Source: Octopus vulgaris (taxonomy: Eukaryota). From it: DNA of 64,000 nucleotides. Shown here piece by piece: positions 1-20,095 of this stretch. The stretch spans positions 59,954,001-60,018,000 of the forward strand of contig OX597830.1 in assembly GCA_951406725.2 (NCBI GenBank). Reading direction: 5' to 3'. Positions within the stretch are counted from its first letter, which is position 1, and the number at the start of each line of letters is the position of its first letter. The notes under the pieces were generated by a model. The model saw only the letters and a list, made by a program, of their open reading frames with translations, searched no databases and had not been told where the DNA came from. The position numbers and the translations under genes are program-made.

Positions 1-93
1 TCCAGACAACACTGTTAACCAGTAAGTCACTGAGACTCGTAGCACGCGTTATAATGAAATAATAACTTAATATAATATAGATTCCCCTGTAAA

Positions 94-307
94 GCGGCGA
101 GGTGGCTGAAACGTTAGCACGCTGGGCGAAATGCTTAGCAATATTTCGTCTGTCTTTATGTACTGAGTTCAAACTCCGCCGAGGTCGACTTTGTCTTTCA
201 TCCTTTCAGGGTCAATAAATTAAGTACCAGTTGCGTACTGGGATCGATCTAATCGACTGGCCCTTGCCCCAAATTTTCGGGCCTTGTGCCTAGAGTAGAA
301 AAGAATA
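94..307 (+). mobile_element. tRNA-derived SINE, family B (Meta-like central domain), tail type 1
   Basis: GCGGCGAG.TGGC.GAAACGTTAGC head, B-box GAGTTCAAACTCC, core CTTTCATCCTTTC.GGGTC.ATAAATTAAGTACCAG, tail ending GTAGAAAAGAATA; many copies in window. Confidence 0.85.
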
Positions 308-1809
308 TAGTTCCCTCTGTGTAGGCATAGAGAATTTTATTATATATATACATATATATATATATACATACTTAATAAATATTCACGCATATATATATAC
401 ACACACACATGTGTATTTCTGTAAACTCATATATTTCTGCATTGTGTACTAAGAAGATCGCTTCCCAATTACATGGGTTTGATTTCCATCCCAATGTTGG
501 TGTATTTACGTCCCAATAAATTAGCCGTTCGGCAAACAGACCGATAGAAAATGTACCAGACATAAATTTGGAAATTATATTCTATGCATAAGGGCAGATG
601 TAATGCAGTATGTGTTTGAAAGTGAGGGGGCATAAATGAGGCCATAACACCCATGAAAATTCATATATTTTTGCTGTTGATGAAATTTTAACCATAGATA
701 TAAGACGCAAATGAAGTAATATTTCTGGAATTTCAACTTCTTAGAAGTCAGTAAGTCCCCTTAATGGTGGCTTAACGCCCACAATTTAGTCATTTTTCCT
801 AAGCCAAGACGAATACAATTGTAATCTTGGAAGCTGTATGGTCACCCGAGCATAAAAGATGAGCGTTGTTTGTAATTCAATAGTACAACAGTGTAAGAGA
901 TATACTTGAGATATACTTAGATAGTGATTTCTGCAATGTACTGCATAAATTGTCAAGTAAATTCAGTTGCAAAGTGTTGAGTAAAGTTATTTCGTTGCAG
1001 ACCTCCTTTGAGTCTTTTTATTATCATTGGGTCAGAAATCGTTCCCAGATGATAACATTGATTTCAAGTCCTTCCCAGATAAACGACTGGTTATTCAAAG
1101 ACATTTATAGATTGCAAATTTATTCCGTTCAGTAACCAATCGACATAGTGATCATTGGCAAACTCCAGAAGTGACACTTTCATTTCTCCTTAGCCCTCAC
1201 GTCACACAGTTGCTAATGTTTATTTGAGTAGGGTCACGCCCTTCTAATTGCTATAGATCCGTAATGTATCTTATGGCTGTGCCCGTCACCTGTATGGTGA
1301 GTAATCCTACATTGGGGAGTGGTAACGACCAGGATAGGGTAGCTGACTGCTTATTGTGATCATTCGTCTTTTGGCTTCCTGTAGCTTTGCTCTCTTTTAC
1401 AAACCCAGTGAACAAACAAAGAAATTTCAATAATAGATATAAGACCCAAGTTAAAAAGATTCCCAGCAATTTAACTTCTCTGCTTGACTTTAAGACACCC
1501 CACCACAATAAGGGCTTTAACTCTCACATTTTAGAGCTCCATGAGCTCCATTTTTCAGGAGCAAAAACCTTTGAATAGGTTCCATAAGATTTGGATTTTG
1601 GAATCTGGGCATAACGAAGCGTAGTATGGGATGAGTCATGATTAGAATTTTTGTTAGGGTATGTAAAGAGGGAAATAATCCTCATTACAATTCTTCATCC
1701 GCAATTTTGATGAAATTCGAATCATAGGTATTCCAGTTCATCAGAGAAAATATAAAAGTCTATCTAATTCTTCAATCCCATGTAACACGGGCAACGCCGG
1801 GTATCTCTG

Positions 1810-8620
<6,811 letters not shown>

Positions 8621-8770
8621 GTGCATGAATATGCGTGTTTATGTTCATGTATATATTTATGAATGTAGCAGCATACATGCGGGTAGAATTTTTGGTACTT
8701 TTTGCTTCACACATGCGAACGCACATTCTGAAGAAAACGCACGCTGACGCATACATTTTCCCATTTCCCA

Positions 8771-8808
<38 letters not shown>

Positions 8809-9125
8809 ATAAACTCACATCCACCCTACACACACGTACGCACACACACACGTACACGCACACACACACGTACGCGCACACACACACGTACGCGCACACA
8901 TGTACAGAAACATCTAGATTACTGCGCAACACATTTTCAAATTATTGCCAAGTCGCACGCCGAAAATTTTGCACTCACCAATTCCCTTTCATGTTGCCGC
9001 CACTTCCAACGCCAATGCCGCTGCCTCGCCCCTGCCTCGCCATCGTAATATTGCTGCACATGCATGCATGCATGCAACAGAAACCATGGTAAATGGACTA
9101 GTTTTATGTAATCACACCATGTGCA

Positions 9126-9167
9126 GTGTCACGTTGACCTGGGTGTTGGTGGAGGTCAGCGTGACCT
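9126..9167. promoter_or_regulatory. Tandem IR3 nuclear-receptor elements, including a perfect ERE AGGTCAgcgTGACCT
   Basis: 9153-9167 is the perfect consensus; 9126-9140 GTGTCAcgtTGACCT is imperfect; both lie in a unique-sequence island. Function unproven. Confidence 0.4.
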
Positions 9168-9234
9168 TACCGGCTCACTTTGGCACAGCCGGACTTTGTA
9201 ACGTCGCCAAACCAAACCTGGTCACAAACCATTG

Positions 9235-9377
9235 TGTGATGATGATGATGACGATGATCAGGATGATGATGATGATGATGTTAGTGGCGGTGATGGTGGT
9301 GATGGCGATGATGATAGTGGTAGTGACAGATATGATGGTATTGATAGTGATAATAGTAAGGGCTTTGGTGGTGGTGG

Positions 9378-9426
<49 letters not shown>

Positions 9427-10196
9427 AGCCGCTATCATCGGCGGCGGTGGTGGCGGCGGTGGTGGCGGTGTGGAGGGTTGATGACGATGGTGGTGGTGGA
9501 GGTGGTGATGGTGATGGTGGTGGTAGTGGTGGTTGTACAGATGACAATAGTAGCGGCTGGCGTTGGTGATGAAGATGATCATGGTGTTGACGACGACGAC
9601 GACGATGATGATGCTGATGCTGACGATGGCGATGGCGATGGAGGCGGTGGAGGCGGTGGTGGTGTTGGTTGTGGTTCTGATGGCAGAGAGATAAGTATAT
9701 ACTTTTTGTTTCGGAGGGTGGAGAGGGGGGTGGCGGAATAATGATGGGAAAGATGATGGCGATAGTATAGGTATTGATGTGAAGGTGGCAGTGGTGGCGA
9801 TGGTGATGGAGGTGGTGGTAGTGGTGGCGATGGTGATGGAGGTGGTGATGGTGATGATGGTGATGGAGGTGGTGGTAGTGGTGGCGATGGTGATGGAGGT
9901 GGTGATGGTGATGATGGTGATGGAGGTGGTGGTAGTGGTGGCGATGGTGATGGAGGTGGTGATGGTGATGATGGTGATGGAGGTGGTGGTAGTGGTGGCG
10001 ATGGTGATGGAGGTGGTGGTAGTGGTGGCGATGGTGATGGAGGTGGTGGTAGTGGTGGCGATGGTGATGGAGGTGGTGGTAGTGGTGGCGATGGTGATGG
10101 AGGTGGTGGTGATGGTGGTGGTGGTGGTGGTGGTGGTGGCGGTGGTTGTAGATTTTATTATCAGCAACATTGATGTGGTTATTTTTATTGCAGTGA

Positions 10197-10232
<36 letters not shown>

Positions 10233-10960
10233 CTGCAGTAGTGACGGCGGCGGCTGCGGTGGTAGTGATGGCAGCAGCGATGGAGATGGGGGGTGTCGGA
10301 GCGGGAATGAAAAGGAGATATATTTGGGAAGGGTGGATGGGTGGATGAGGGAGAGGGTGGTTATGATGAAAGGAAATAAAATTGACTGTAGCCCACACTG
10401 TACCATGTTACGTCTACCACCACCACCACCACCACAATAATTTCTCCCAGCACCATAACCATCCCCACCCGGCAGCTCTATCGCTATCACCACTATCGCA
10501 CCCCAGCCACGACCATCACCATTTAACATCATCACCCAACCACCGATGACCCACCATCACCACAACTATCCCCCCCTGCGACTATCACCATAACGACGAC
10601 GACGACGACGACCACCACCACCACTGTCGCTGCCGCCACCACCACCACCACTACCACCACTGTCGCTGCCGCCACCACCACCACCTCCACCACCACCTCC
10701 ACCACCACCTCCACCACCACCACTACCACCACCACCACTACCACCACCACCACCACCACCACCACCACCACCACCACCACCACCACCACCACCACAGCCG
10801 CCAAACTTAACCAGATACATCCTATTTGCATTCTGCAACTAGCAGAAGCATCACCACTATAAAACCCTTATGGTCAGTGATAGGTACTACTACTACTACT
10901 ACTACTACTAACCGTCATTTCCACCGCCACCGACGCCACCACAACAACAATAACAACAAC
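9235..10960. repeat. Trinucleotide repeat field (GAT/GGT/CAC/TAC) with 27-30 bp compound units at ~9790-10110
   Basis: Directly visible. Confidence 0.9.
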
Positions 10961-10984
10961 AAAAGCAGCATGTCAGTAAGGAAG

Positions 10985-11430
10985 CCTCTATATGGTCACT
11001 CGATTTGCTAGAAATAGCAGCCCAATCTGCATTAACTCCCATCCTAACACCTTAAGAAAACAAAAACAAAAAAATAGGACTCGTTGGATAACGTGGTCCT
11101 GAGTTCCCGACACACAGAAATAGATGAGATGGTCGTGACTGGAACGCCTTTGATAATAAGCTTTCTTGGTCAAGGCTGACTTGGGGAGACTGAACAGCAA
11201 CAATAATAACGAGAATGAAGTAATAAAGTAGCGTGTACACGTCGTTTAATCTGCTAGAAATAGCAAGCAAAACTCCCTTAAATTAGATATTACTGTATTA
11301 AACAAAGAGGGATATATTGCACATTGTACTCATTTGCATAAAACGTAGTATGAGCACGGCTGGAACCTGTTTGATCATAGCATTGCACGGTTAGGGCTAA
11401 CCTAGGGTTAAATAATGACAACAGCAGACT
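10985..11430 (+). repeat. Two adjacent copies of a dispersed repeat (GCTAGAAATAGCAG...CTGGAA...TTTGAT.ATA...GGCT.AC.T.GGG, then CAA tail); reverse copy at ~31365-31550
   Basis: Shared motifs at 11007 and 11253 and on the minus strand near 31530. Confidence 0.55.
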
Positions 11431-11687
11431 AAAACAGTTGAACAACAATAGCGATTCTGTGGTAGATGATAAATAGAATCGGTGGAGCACCAGATAAGAC
11501 ACCTTGCGGTAGTTATTAACGTTTCTTTACATTCTCAGTTCGAATTTCCCCTTCTCTTTCATTCATTCTGCCGTTGCCAGTTAAGGAACTAAGTACCGAA
11601 GCAATGTAATTAGCTCCATACTGACGGAGCTACAGCATGGCCACAGTCGTAATAGAAATTTAGAGAAAATTTGCTATAATAATACAG

Positions 11688-12046
11688 CAACGGTTCTCAA
11701 CCCATTTTTATCTATCATTTTTGGTTATTATTATGATGGACCCCCATAGACATTTTTTGTTTAAATGTTAGTTTTATACATTCTTCTTTCAAAATTCCTA
11801 TTCTGTTCATCACGCATTAACATGTGTAGGTTTGCAACCGACCTCTCTGAGAGAACATGTTTCTGTGGCCGGAAACATGTTGAACTGTGTAAAACGTTAG
11901 AGAAAGAAACTTCCTTGTTTCTTGCATTAAATACATCTTTTCAAGGACTCCTGTTGAGTTCCAATTTAATATTTTGCTTTTGTGAATCCCTAAAAGTGCT
12001 ATATGGACCCCGGAGATCATATGGAGCCCAGTTGTGAATCATTGGT
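11688..12046. mobile_element. hAT-type non-autonomous element (MITE)
   Basis: Termini resemble CAGTGGTTCTCAACC...GGTTGAGAACCACTG; homologous in reverse to 46059-46410 and 47625-48436. Confidence 0.65.
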
Positions 12047-12052
12047 ATAGAG

Positions 12053-12320
12053 CAGAGGTTCTCAAACATTTTTTTTAATACCTGGATCCCTTTGATTACT
12101 AGTCCAATTTTGTTTCTCATATATTAACTTATATTGGTTAAAATTGTTGGAGAGAGAAGCCTAGCTGTTTCTTCTAATACATACCAATACGCACATCTAA
12201 AGTAAATTTTTTTTCTAGGGTCCTTGAAATACTACTGTCGATCACCAATTTACTAATTTGTTTCGTGGACCCCCAGAATCTTATATGGACCCTCAGGCAC
12301 CGTATGGACACCGGTTGAGT
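12053..12320. mobile_element. Second hAT-type MITE copy
   Basis: CAGAGGTTCTCAAAC start, TATGGACACCGGTTGAG end. Confidence 0.6.
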
Positions 12321-12499
12321 AAAGAAGTGTGCTCACGATTTTTGCGGGATGTTTGCGACTGGCTGGCTGGAAGCAGTAACGTTCCTTTTGAAAATGTGAC
12401 AGACGATGGCAGCAGGAAAAATATGTGCAGTAAAGGAATTCCAGAGAGACAAACATTATGGGGGGAAGAAGGACTAGCATTCGCGATGGTTTGAGAGTC

Positions 12500-13790
12500 G
12501 ACATAATGCAGGTGAGGAAAAGAAAAAAAGACGAAGGATTCGGGAGCGTGTGCATGTAAATGACAGAAGGCCGATGAGCAGAAGCTAGTTTAGGGACAAT
12601 AGAAAAAGCAGAACAGCGAGATAAAATCAGTGAATTTGTTGGTCAAAGGTTAGTGTCAGCTGGTGAGGGACTTTAAGGCAATCTGTAGAGTAGTCTTTTT
12701 TTGGTGCAGATGGCTGTACGATTATCGAAATAACTACCAGATGTGGGAGCTGCACACAATTGAACGCGTCACTTGGGGGCTAAAATACTTTCTGTCATTG
12801 AAGAGAGAGGCCGGTCTTTTTTTTTAATGTCTTTAGTGAGGTCTGAGGAGCTGTCCTTCATGTGAATGGAATACACTGTAGCACGATTATAAAGATCAGG
12901 GTCTATCATTTTAGAGAGAGACAGATATTCAAGTTTGGTTGTGTCTGGGATGTGGAGGGACTTGTCAAAAAGAAATGCTTCAGTCACTCGCCTATTTCTA
13001 ATAAGCACATGTTCTGCCAGGGTTAATTGGAATAGAATTGGAAGAGCTCCTCTTGGCTTGTAGTACCATAGGGTTCGGGATGTGTGGTGGATAATCGTGA
13101 TGATGCAATGGTAGGACGCTCGAGCTGGACAATTAAGGTAATGGCTTCGCATAGGTTGGTTTTGGAGATGATTAAAAAAATGAAGGGTGTTTGAAATATT
13201 TGTTGGGTGTTAGGGATGCATGAAAAGGGTGAGATCAACTGATGTAGAGAGTTGAGGATCACAAAAGATTTTGTTTTAGTTTCCGTTCGGGTGGCATGAG
13301 TATAGGGTGGTTGTGAGAACCAAGAAGAAATGTCAGCATTGAAGTTACCTAGGACGATGGCTTTTGTGTTGCATGATGGGATGTGATGGATGTCCTCACA
13401 GGTGAGTTGTGGGTGTTTAAAGAGCGATGGAGGAAATAGATGTGTTTGGAGGAATTGGAGGGAGTGAGAGAGACCTCGAGACATATTAACTGGAAATCTT
13501 TATCGACGATGTCCTGATGTGAAAGATGAGTGAGTGTATAATGTACATATCTATTGGCAGCATCTTTCAGAGAAGTAGTCTGGAGAGCAGTGATGATCTG
13601 TGGATAAAGGCTGAGAGATGTGTGCCACAGAGAAGAACAAAATATGTGGTTTGTGTGTAAGTAGGGGGTGATGTAAGGAGTCGAGATCGGATGGGAATCT
13701 GCAGATATGAGAAAATTGGAAGGGAAACTGTCCTGCAGGTTTAGTTACCTCGGTAAGTATGCAGGGTGCCGGTTACAGCACTGGTATCCT
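12500..13790 (-). pseudogene. Decayed LINE ORF2 (APE endonuclease region; L2/Jockey-like)
   Basis: Minus-strand fragments HKPHILFFS, IVLGNFNA (GDFN motif) and RTLWYY; multiple stops and frameshifts. Confidence 0.65.
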
Positions 13791-14084
13791 GTGGTTAAAC
13801 GTGGAGAGCCAGGTCAGAATATTGGCAACAAAATAAAATTCAATCGAAGGCATGAATGGATCAGAAGGTGCTGTTAAAACGGGTAGATATACTCGGCCAC
13901 CTCAAAAGTGGGGAAACTTTCTATGCCGTGTATAACAGGGCTAGAGTAGACGTGTAATTTGCGTGTATGTGAGTGGTGGGGAGTGTGTGTCAGTGTACAC
14001 ACACGCGCACATAAATACACACACACACACACACGAATTCCATCTTATTTCATTCTATTACACTTCCATCGTAAATTGGCAAAT

Positions 14085-14128
<44 letters not shown>

Positions 14129-14643
14129 ACACACATTGAATATATACATTATTACATGTGCATGTGTGTGATTAAGAAGCACACTTTGCAGCCACATGGT
14201 TTCGGGTTCAGTCCCATTGCAAGGTACTTTGGGCAAGTGTCGTCTACTATAACCTCGGGCTGACCTACCAATGTTGATATATATTTTGGTTGATTTAATA
14301 GCTTAAAACTTTTCACAGTGGTGCTCCAGCATAACCACAGTCACATAGCTGAAGCGTATCAAAGAACAAAGAATATATATATATATATACAAATAAGAGA
14401 ATGGAGGAACAGATTCCTTTCAATCATCGACTTACAGATATTACCAATTCATATTTATTTATTGACTACTTAAATAGGAACATCCAAATCCAACAGAATA
14501 AAACAATATACATCAGTATATATACCATAAAAATAATACACATAAAATGGATCTTACAGCTGTTTCAGCCTGTAGATAAAAGTATCTCATTTTGCCTATA
14601 TTAGTCAGATGTATTGAGGTAATATGCAGTTAAAAATGAGTTA

Positions 14644-14694
<51 letters not shown>

Positions 14695-15547
14695 CTTAAG
14701 ACAATTACATAATAAGAATAAAGTCAGCTCTCAGAGAAGAACAAGTGGGAAAGGAGTTAGTAGATAGATATAGATGTGTGGATATTATTCAGAATGTAGA
14801 TTTGTTGTATTGTTCAAAATCTCTTGTCTTGGTAGCTTCTTTTCAATTCGTCCAGTCTTAATCCTCACCTCTCACTTTCACCGTTTCCCTCTCACTGCCT
14901 CTCTCTCTCCGTCTTCCTCTGTCTTTGTCTCTTTCTTTCTCTTTCTCTCTGTTTCTTTCTTTTGTGTGTGTTCAGCGACGATGTTAAGAGCTGCGGCGCT
15001 CCAAGAAGAGTTTTTTTTTTGTTGTTGTTTTTTTTGCGGTGCCTGGAGTTTACATTAAAGTATTAATTATGTTTTATGTTTAGAAAAAAAAAACAAAAAA
15101 AATTAAAAAAGCAAAAACAAAAACAAAAAGTAAAAGTAAAGATAAAAATAAATAAATTAAAAATATAAATTTTAAAAATAATCATTCAAAAATGTTAATT
15201 AGAACTTTCCCATCTTTTTGACTTTGTGACGCACAGGAGATCAAATAATAAAATTACTGCTGTACTAAGCACGGAAATTTAAAATTAACATCAGCGACGA
15301 CGACATCAACAACAACAACAGCAACAATATTATTATGTTGGAAAGTTTAAAATAGAGGAAATTGCAGGTTCCTTCTTTTATTTTTGATTTTTGTGTGTAT
15401 TTTCAAAGAGAGGTACTAAAAACGATTTTTATTAAGACTTAAAATATATTTCCAAATACGTGACGGAGAGGCTGTGTCTTCAATAGCCTCGGGCTGACCA
15501 AAGCCTTGTGAGTGGATTTGATAGACGGAAACTGAAAGAAGCTCGTC

Positions 15548-15619
<72 letters not shown>

Positions 15620-15621
15620 CA

Positions 15622-15680
<59 letters not shown>

Positions 15681-15788
15681 TAGATATATATAAAAAATAT
15701 TACGATGGCCTTGACGCAATTTTAAACCAAAAAGGAAATAATTCACCGTTACTAAAATTGACCAAGAGTGGAGTGACCACTGGCATTG

Positions 15789-15839
<51 letters not shown>

Positions 15840-15842
<3 letters not shown>

Positions 15843-15995
15843 GATGGGCTTATTTCAGTTTCCGTCTACGAAAACCACAAGGTATTGGTCGGTCCGAGGC
15901 TATAGTAGAAGACACTTGTCGAAGGTACCACGCAGTGAGACTGAACCCGGAACAATGTGGTTGGAAAGGAAGCTTCTTATCACACAGCCACGCTT
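15840..15995 (-). mobile_element. Family A SINE head
   Basis: TTTCAGTTTCCGTCTAC...CCGAGGCTATAGTAGAAGACACTTG...GACTGAACCCGGAAC. Confidence 0.8.
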
Positions 15996-16407
15996 GCATA
16001 CCCCCCCCCCCAAAAAAAAACAAAAAAAAACAAAAGAACGGAATATTTCTTGCATACAAGTTTAATTCAGTTAAAATTTTTTTATGGGAAATGTGATATG
16101 ATTATGTCAGCCTTAACACAATTATTTACACTAACTGACTGCTGCGAAAAACCACTGGAAAACTGAATAGACAAAATATTAAAACACCCTAAACAAGGAC
16201 GTTATTACATAACCATTTATTTGAGTGAAATAGTTTATTTAAAATATTTATTATATTTTGTTTTGTAAGAATAAAACTAAATTCAAAATATAAGTGAAAA
16301 GCATTGTTAGGAACACCCTTTTTTTTGTTGGAAACAAATGGTATTGTTCAGATGTCTAAAAACTGCTTTAAAATAAGTCTTGCATTTTTTTTTTATCTCT
16401 GCCAAGA

Positions 16408-16911
16408 CATGGCTGTGTAGTTAAGAAATTCGCCATTTAATACGTGGTTTCGGGTTCAGGCCCAATGCGTGTCACTTTGGGCAAGTGTCTTTCTACGATT
16501 ATCCCTGGGCCGATCAATGCCTTGCGAGGGAATTTGGTAGACGAAAGCTGTGTGGAAGTGCATATTAAATATGTACGCGCGCGCGTGTATGTGAATGTCT
16601 TAGAGTTTGTGTTTGTGCCGCCTTCTCCACTGCTTACAACCGGTATTTGTTTGTTTAAATTCTCATAACTTAGCGGTTCAGCTAAAGAGACCAATAGAAA
16701 AGAGGCCGGACATAAATAAGTCCTGAAGTCGATATGTTCGATTAAAGGCACAAAAGTGGCTGTGTGGTAAGTAGCTTGCTTACCAACCACATGGTTCCGG
16801 GTTCAGTCCCACTGCGTAGCAACTTGGACAAGTGTCTTCCACTATAGCCTCGGGCCGACCAAAGCCTTGTGAGTGGATTTGGTAGACGGAAACTGAAAGA
16901 AGCCTGTCGTA

Positions 16912-16958
<47 letters not shown>

Positions 16959-17165
16959 TTGTGTGTTTGTGTTTGTCCCCCCCCAATGTCGCTTGACAAC
17001 CGATGCTAGTGTGTTTACGTCCCCCTAACTTAGCGGTTCGGCAAAAGAGACCTATAAAATAAGTAGTAGGCTTACAAAGAATAAGTTCTGGAGTCGATTT
17101 GCTTGACTAAAGGCGGTGCTCCAGCATGGCCACAGTCAAATGACTGAAACAAGTAAAAGGGTAAA
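16408..17165 (+). mobile_element. Two tandem family A SINEs (older 16408-16745; near-complete 16755-17165)
   Basis: A-box TGGCTGTGTGG, B-box GGTTCAGTCCC, CORE-like (CC)TTGGGCAAGT, internal (TA)(TG) tract, tail GGCGGTGCTCCAGCATGGCCACAGTC...GAAACAAGTAAAAG. Confidence 0.85.
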
Positions 17166-17339
17166 GAGAGAGTAAACCTTTCATGGGTCAACTGCTAAAA
17201 AGTAAAAAGTAAATGATAAAGTCTTAGAATTTTGTCTGCAAAATTCTACATCCAATAGTCAAAACAGCTGCATTGAGTTAGTTTTGATCAGTTTTAAGAA
17301 CCACAAGACTAGCCATATCCACACACATACACACACACA

Positions 17340-17497
17340 TACGACGGGTTTCATTCAGTTTCCGCCTACCAAATCCACTCATAAATCTTTGGTCGGCCCG
17401 AGGCCATAGTAGAAGACACTTGCCCAAGGTGTCACGCAGTGGGACTGAACCCGGTACCATGTGATTGGGAAGCAAGTTCCCAACCACGCTGCCATAC
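17340..17497 (-). mobile_element. Family A SINE head
   Basis: Reverse complement of the family A head and core. Confidence 0.8.
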
Positions 17498-17551
17498 TTG
17501 GGCCTTTCACAAAATTTTTTTTAAATATTGCTTTAGAAGTGGCTGTTTTAA

Positions 17552-17765
17552 GGCGGCGAGCTGGCAGAAACGTTAGCGCGCTGGACAAAATGCTTAGCGG
17601 TATTTCACCTGTCGCTACGTTCTGAGTTCAAATTCCGCCAAGGTTGACTTTGCCTTTCATCCTTTCGGGGGTCGGTAAAATAAGAGCCAGTTAAGTACTG
17701 GGGTCGATGTAATCGACTGAACCCCATTCCCCCAAATTTCAGGCCTTGTGCCTACAGTAGAAAGA
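17552..17765 (+). mobile_element. Family B SINE, tail type 1
   Basis: GGCGGCGAGCTGGCAGAAACGTTAGC...GAGTTCAAATTCC...CCTTTCATCCTTTCGGGG. Confidence 0.85.
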
Positions 17766-17895
17766 TGGGACTGTTTTGTGGTACGTTTATGTTGTAAAAA
17801 CAGTTAAATACTGAAATAGTAGCGTCAAGTAAAAAGACAAAAAAAACCAAAAAAACACCGTGTTTTTATCTCTTTACCTCGTTCTAAGTATTTGA

Positions 17896-18210
<315 letters not shown>

Positions 18211-18639
18211 GCTCAAGATTCTTAAGCTTTATCACACATTTTGGACACATACGTTTCTTATATTAATCAAACCCATGTGTCTGAAGAACCGAGATAAACC
18301 GGATGAAACATAATAAAACAGTAAATTCTCGTGTGATAAGTTTAGTACAGTTAAACCTATTAACTTACCTGGAGAGTTCAATGAGATGTACCTTTACATT
18401 TCTGAATCTAATACAGATTTCTGAAAGCGTTGAAGTGTTGACGCATTCACACGACCGGCTTCCAGAAGCAATGTTGCTGGGTAACTGAAGAAATTGACGA
18501 ACTTTTCAAAGTTTCTGAAGGTTTGCATTATTTATTCTACGTCAATAAATCAAATACGTTTGACTTGGAATTTAAATTTGCCTTTTCTGTTATTTCTTTC
18601 AGTCGATTCAACATGGCCGGAGAGAACACTCCTTGAAGC

Positions 18640-18666
18640 ACTACTACTACTACTACTACTACTGCG

Positions 18667-18698
<32 letters not shown>

Positions 18699-18722
18699 CA
18701 CTACTACCATTACTACTACCAT

Positions 18723-18805
<83 letters not shown>

Positions 18806-18932
18806 TTACTACTACTACTCCTACTACTATTATTACTACTACTGTTGCTGCTGCTAGTGCTACTGCTGCTACTGCTGCTGCTACTACTACTACTACTACT
18901 GCTCCACCACCACCACCACCACCACCACCACC

Positions 18933-18978
<46 letters not shown>

Positions 18979-18991
18979 CACCACCACCACC

Positions 18992-19039
<48 letters not shown>

Positions 19040-19135
19040 GCTCCACCACCACCACCACCACAACTACTACTACTACTGCTGCTGCTGTGTTGTTGTTGTT
19101 ATTGTTGATGATGATCATGATGATGATGATGACGA
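18640..19135. repeat. (CTA)n/(CCA)n/(CTG)n trinucleotide field
   Basis: Directly visible. Confidence 0.95.
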
Positions 19136-19499
19136 ATGACCTCTTCATGTCTAACCCATCACAAATTCCTCCTTTCATAAATAACGATACCCGACTAGCG
19201 ATCAATCCAACTGTCCCAATTTACCTAGTCCCAAACCAATGCCAACATGCGAAACAGCCCCTAAACAGCCGCTCTAATTGCTTCACCACTCCCAAATCAC
19301 ATCCATATTTATTATTTTAATTAAAGAGCCGTTCATTGTACAATATAGTTCCGGCTATACATATATAAAAAGATGGGATAGTTATGGCTCGAATATCTTT
19401 GATAATGAATCTACTTAATCAGAGCTGACCCAAAACTAATCATTATTATCAGCAGCAGCAGCAGCAACAGAAATAACACCAACAAATCAGATTTGTGAT

Positions 19500-19712
19500 A
19501 TGTATTTCTTTACTACCCACAAGGGGCTAAACACAGAGAGGAAAACAAGGACAGACAAACGGATTAAGTCGATTATATCGACCCCAGTGCGTAACTGGCA
19601 TTTATTTAATCGACCCCGAAAGGATGAAAGGCAAAGTCGACCTCGGCGGAATTTGAACTCAGAACGTAACGGCAGACGAAATACGGCTGCGCATTTCGCC
19701 CGGCGTGCTAAC

Positions 19713-19714
<2 letters not shown>
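19500..19714 (-). mobile_element. Family B SINE, tail type 2
   Basis: TATTTCTTTA.TACCCACAAGGGGCTAAAC tail plus CGAAAGGATGAAAGGCAAAGTCGACCTCGGCGG core. Confidence 0.85.
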
Positions 19715-19746
<32 letters not shown>

Positions 19747-20095
19747 TTATACAAGTTTCATGTGCTAAGCCACTTGGTGTTAAATTGATGGTATTATTAA
19801 ATTAATATCAAAGTTTTCACCCTCATTTATAAATTTATATATATATATATATATATATAGAGTATATTGATATGAATATATCTATATATAAGAGTAATTG
19901 AATGAATAATCTTATTAAGGATAATTCGAAAGATAACCGATACCTGGGTAGCAAATTCACATCAGAAAGAACACGGTTGAAGCTACGTCCCTAGGGCATA
20001 GACTACGCGTCTTCGTGCGGAAATTTGTATGTTTATTTTTAAATTATAAGTATATGAAAGAATGGAGTTGAACGACTAGTTAACAAATATCCTTT

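Noticed and set aside
9175-10838. Asp/Gly/Met/Thr-rich ORFs resembling biomineral or mucin proteins (also 49897-51257)
   Set aside because: Open in several frames on both strands, pure trinucleotide repeats, no exon or domain evidence
14860-15360. Possible promoter or 5' UTR exon of a host gene
   Set aside because: Suggestive composition only; no supportable start site, ORF or splice pair
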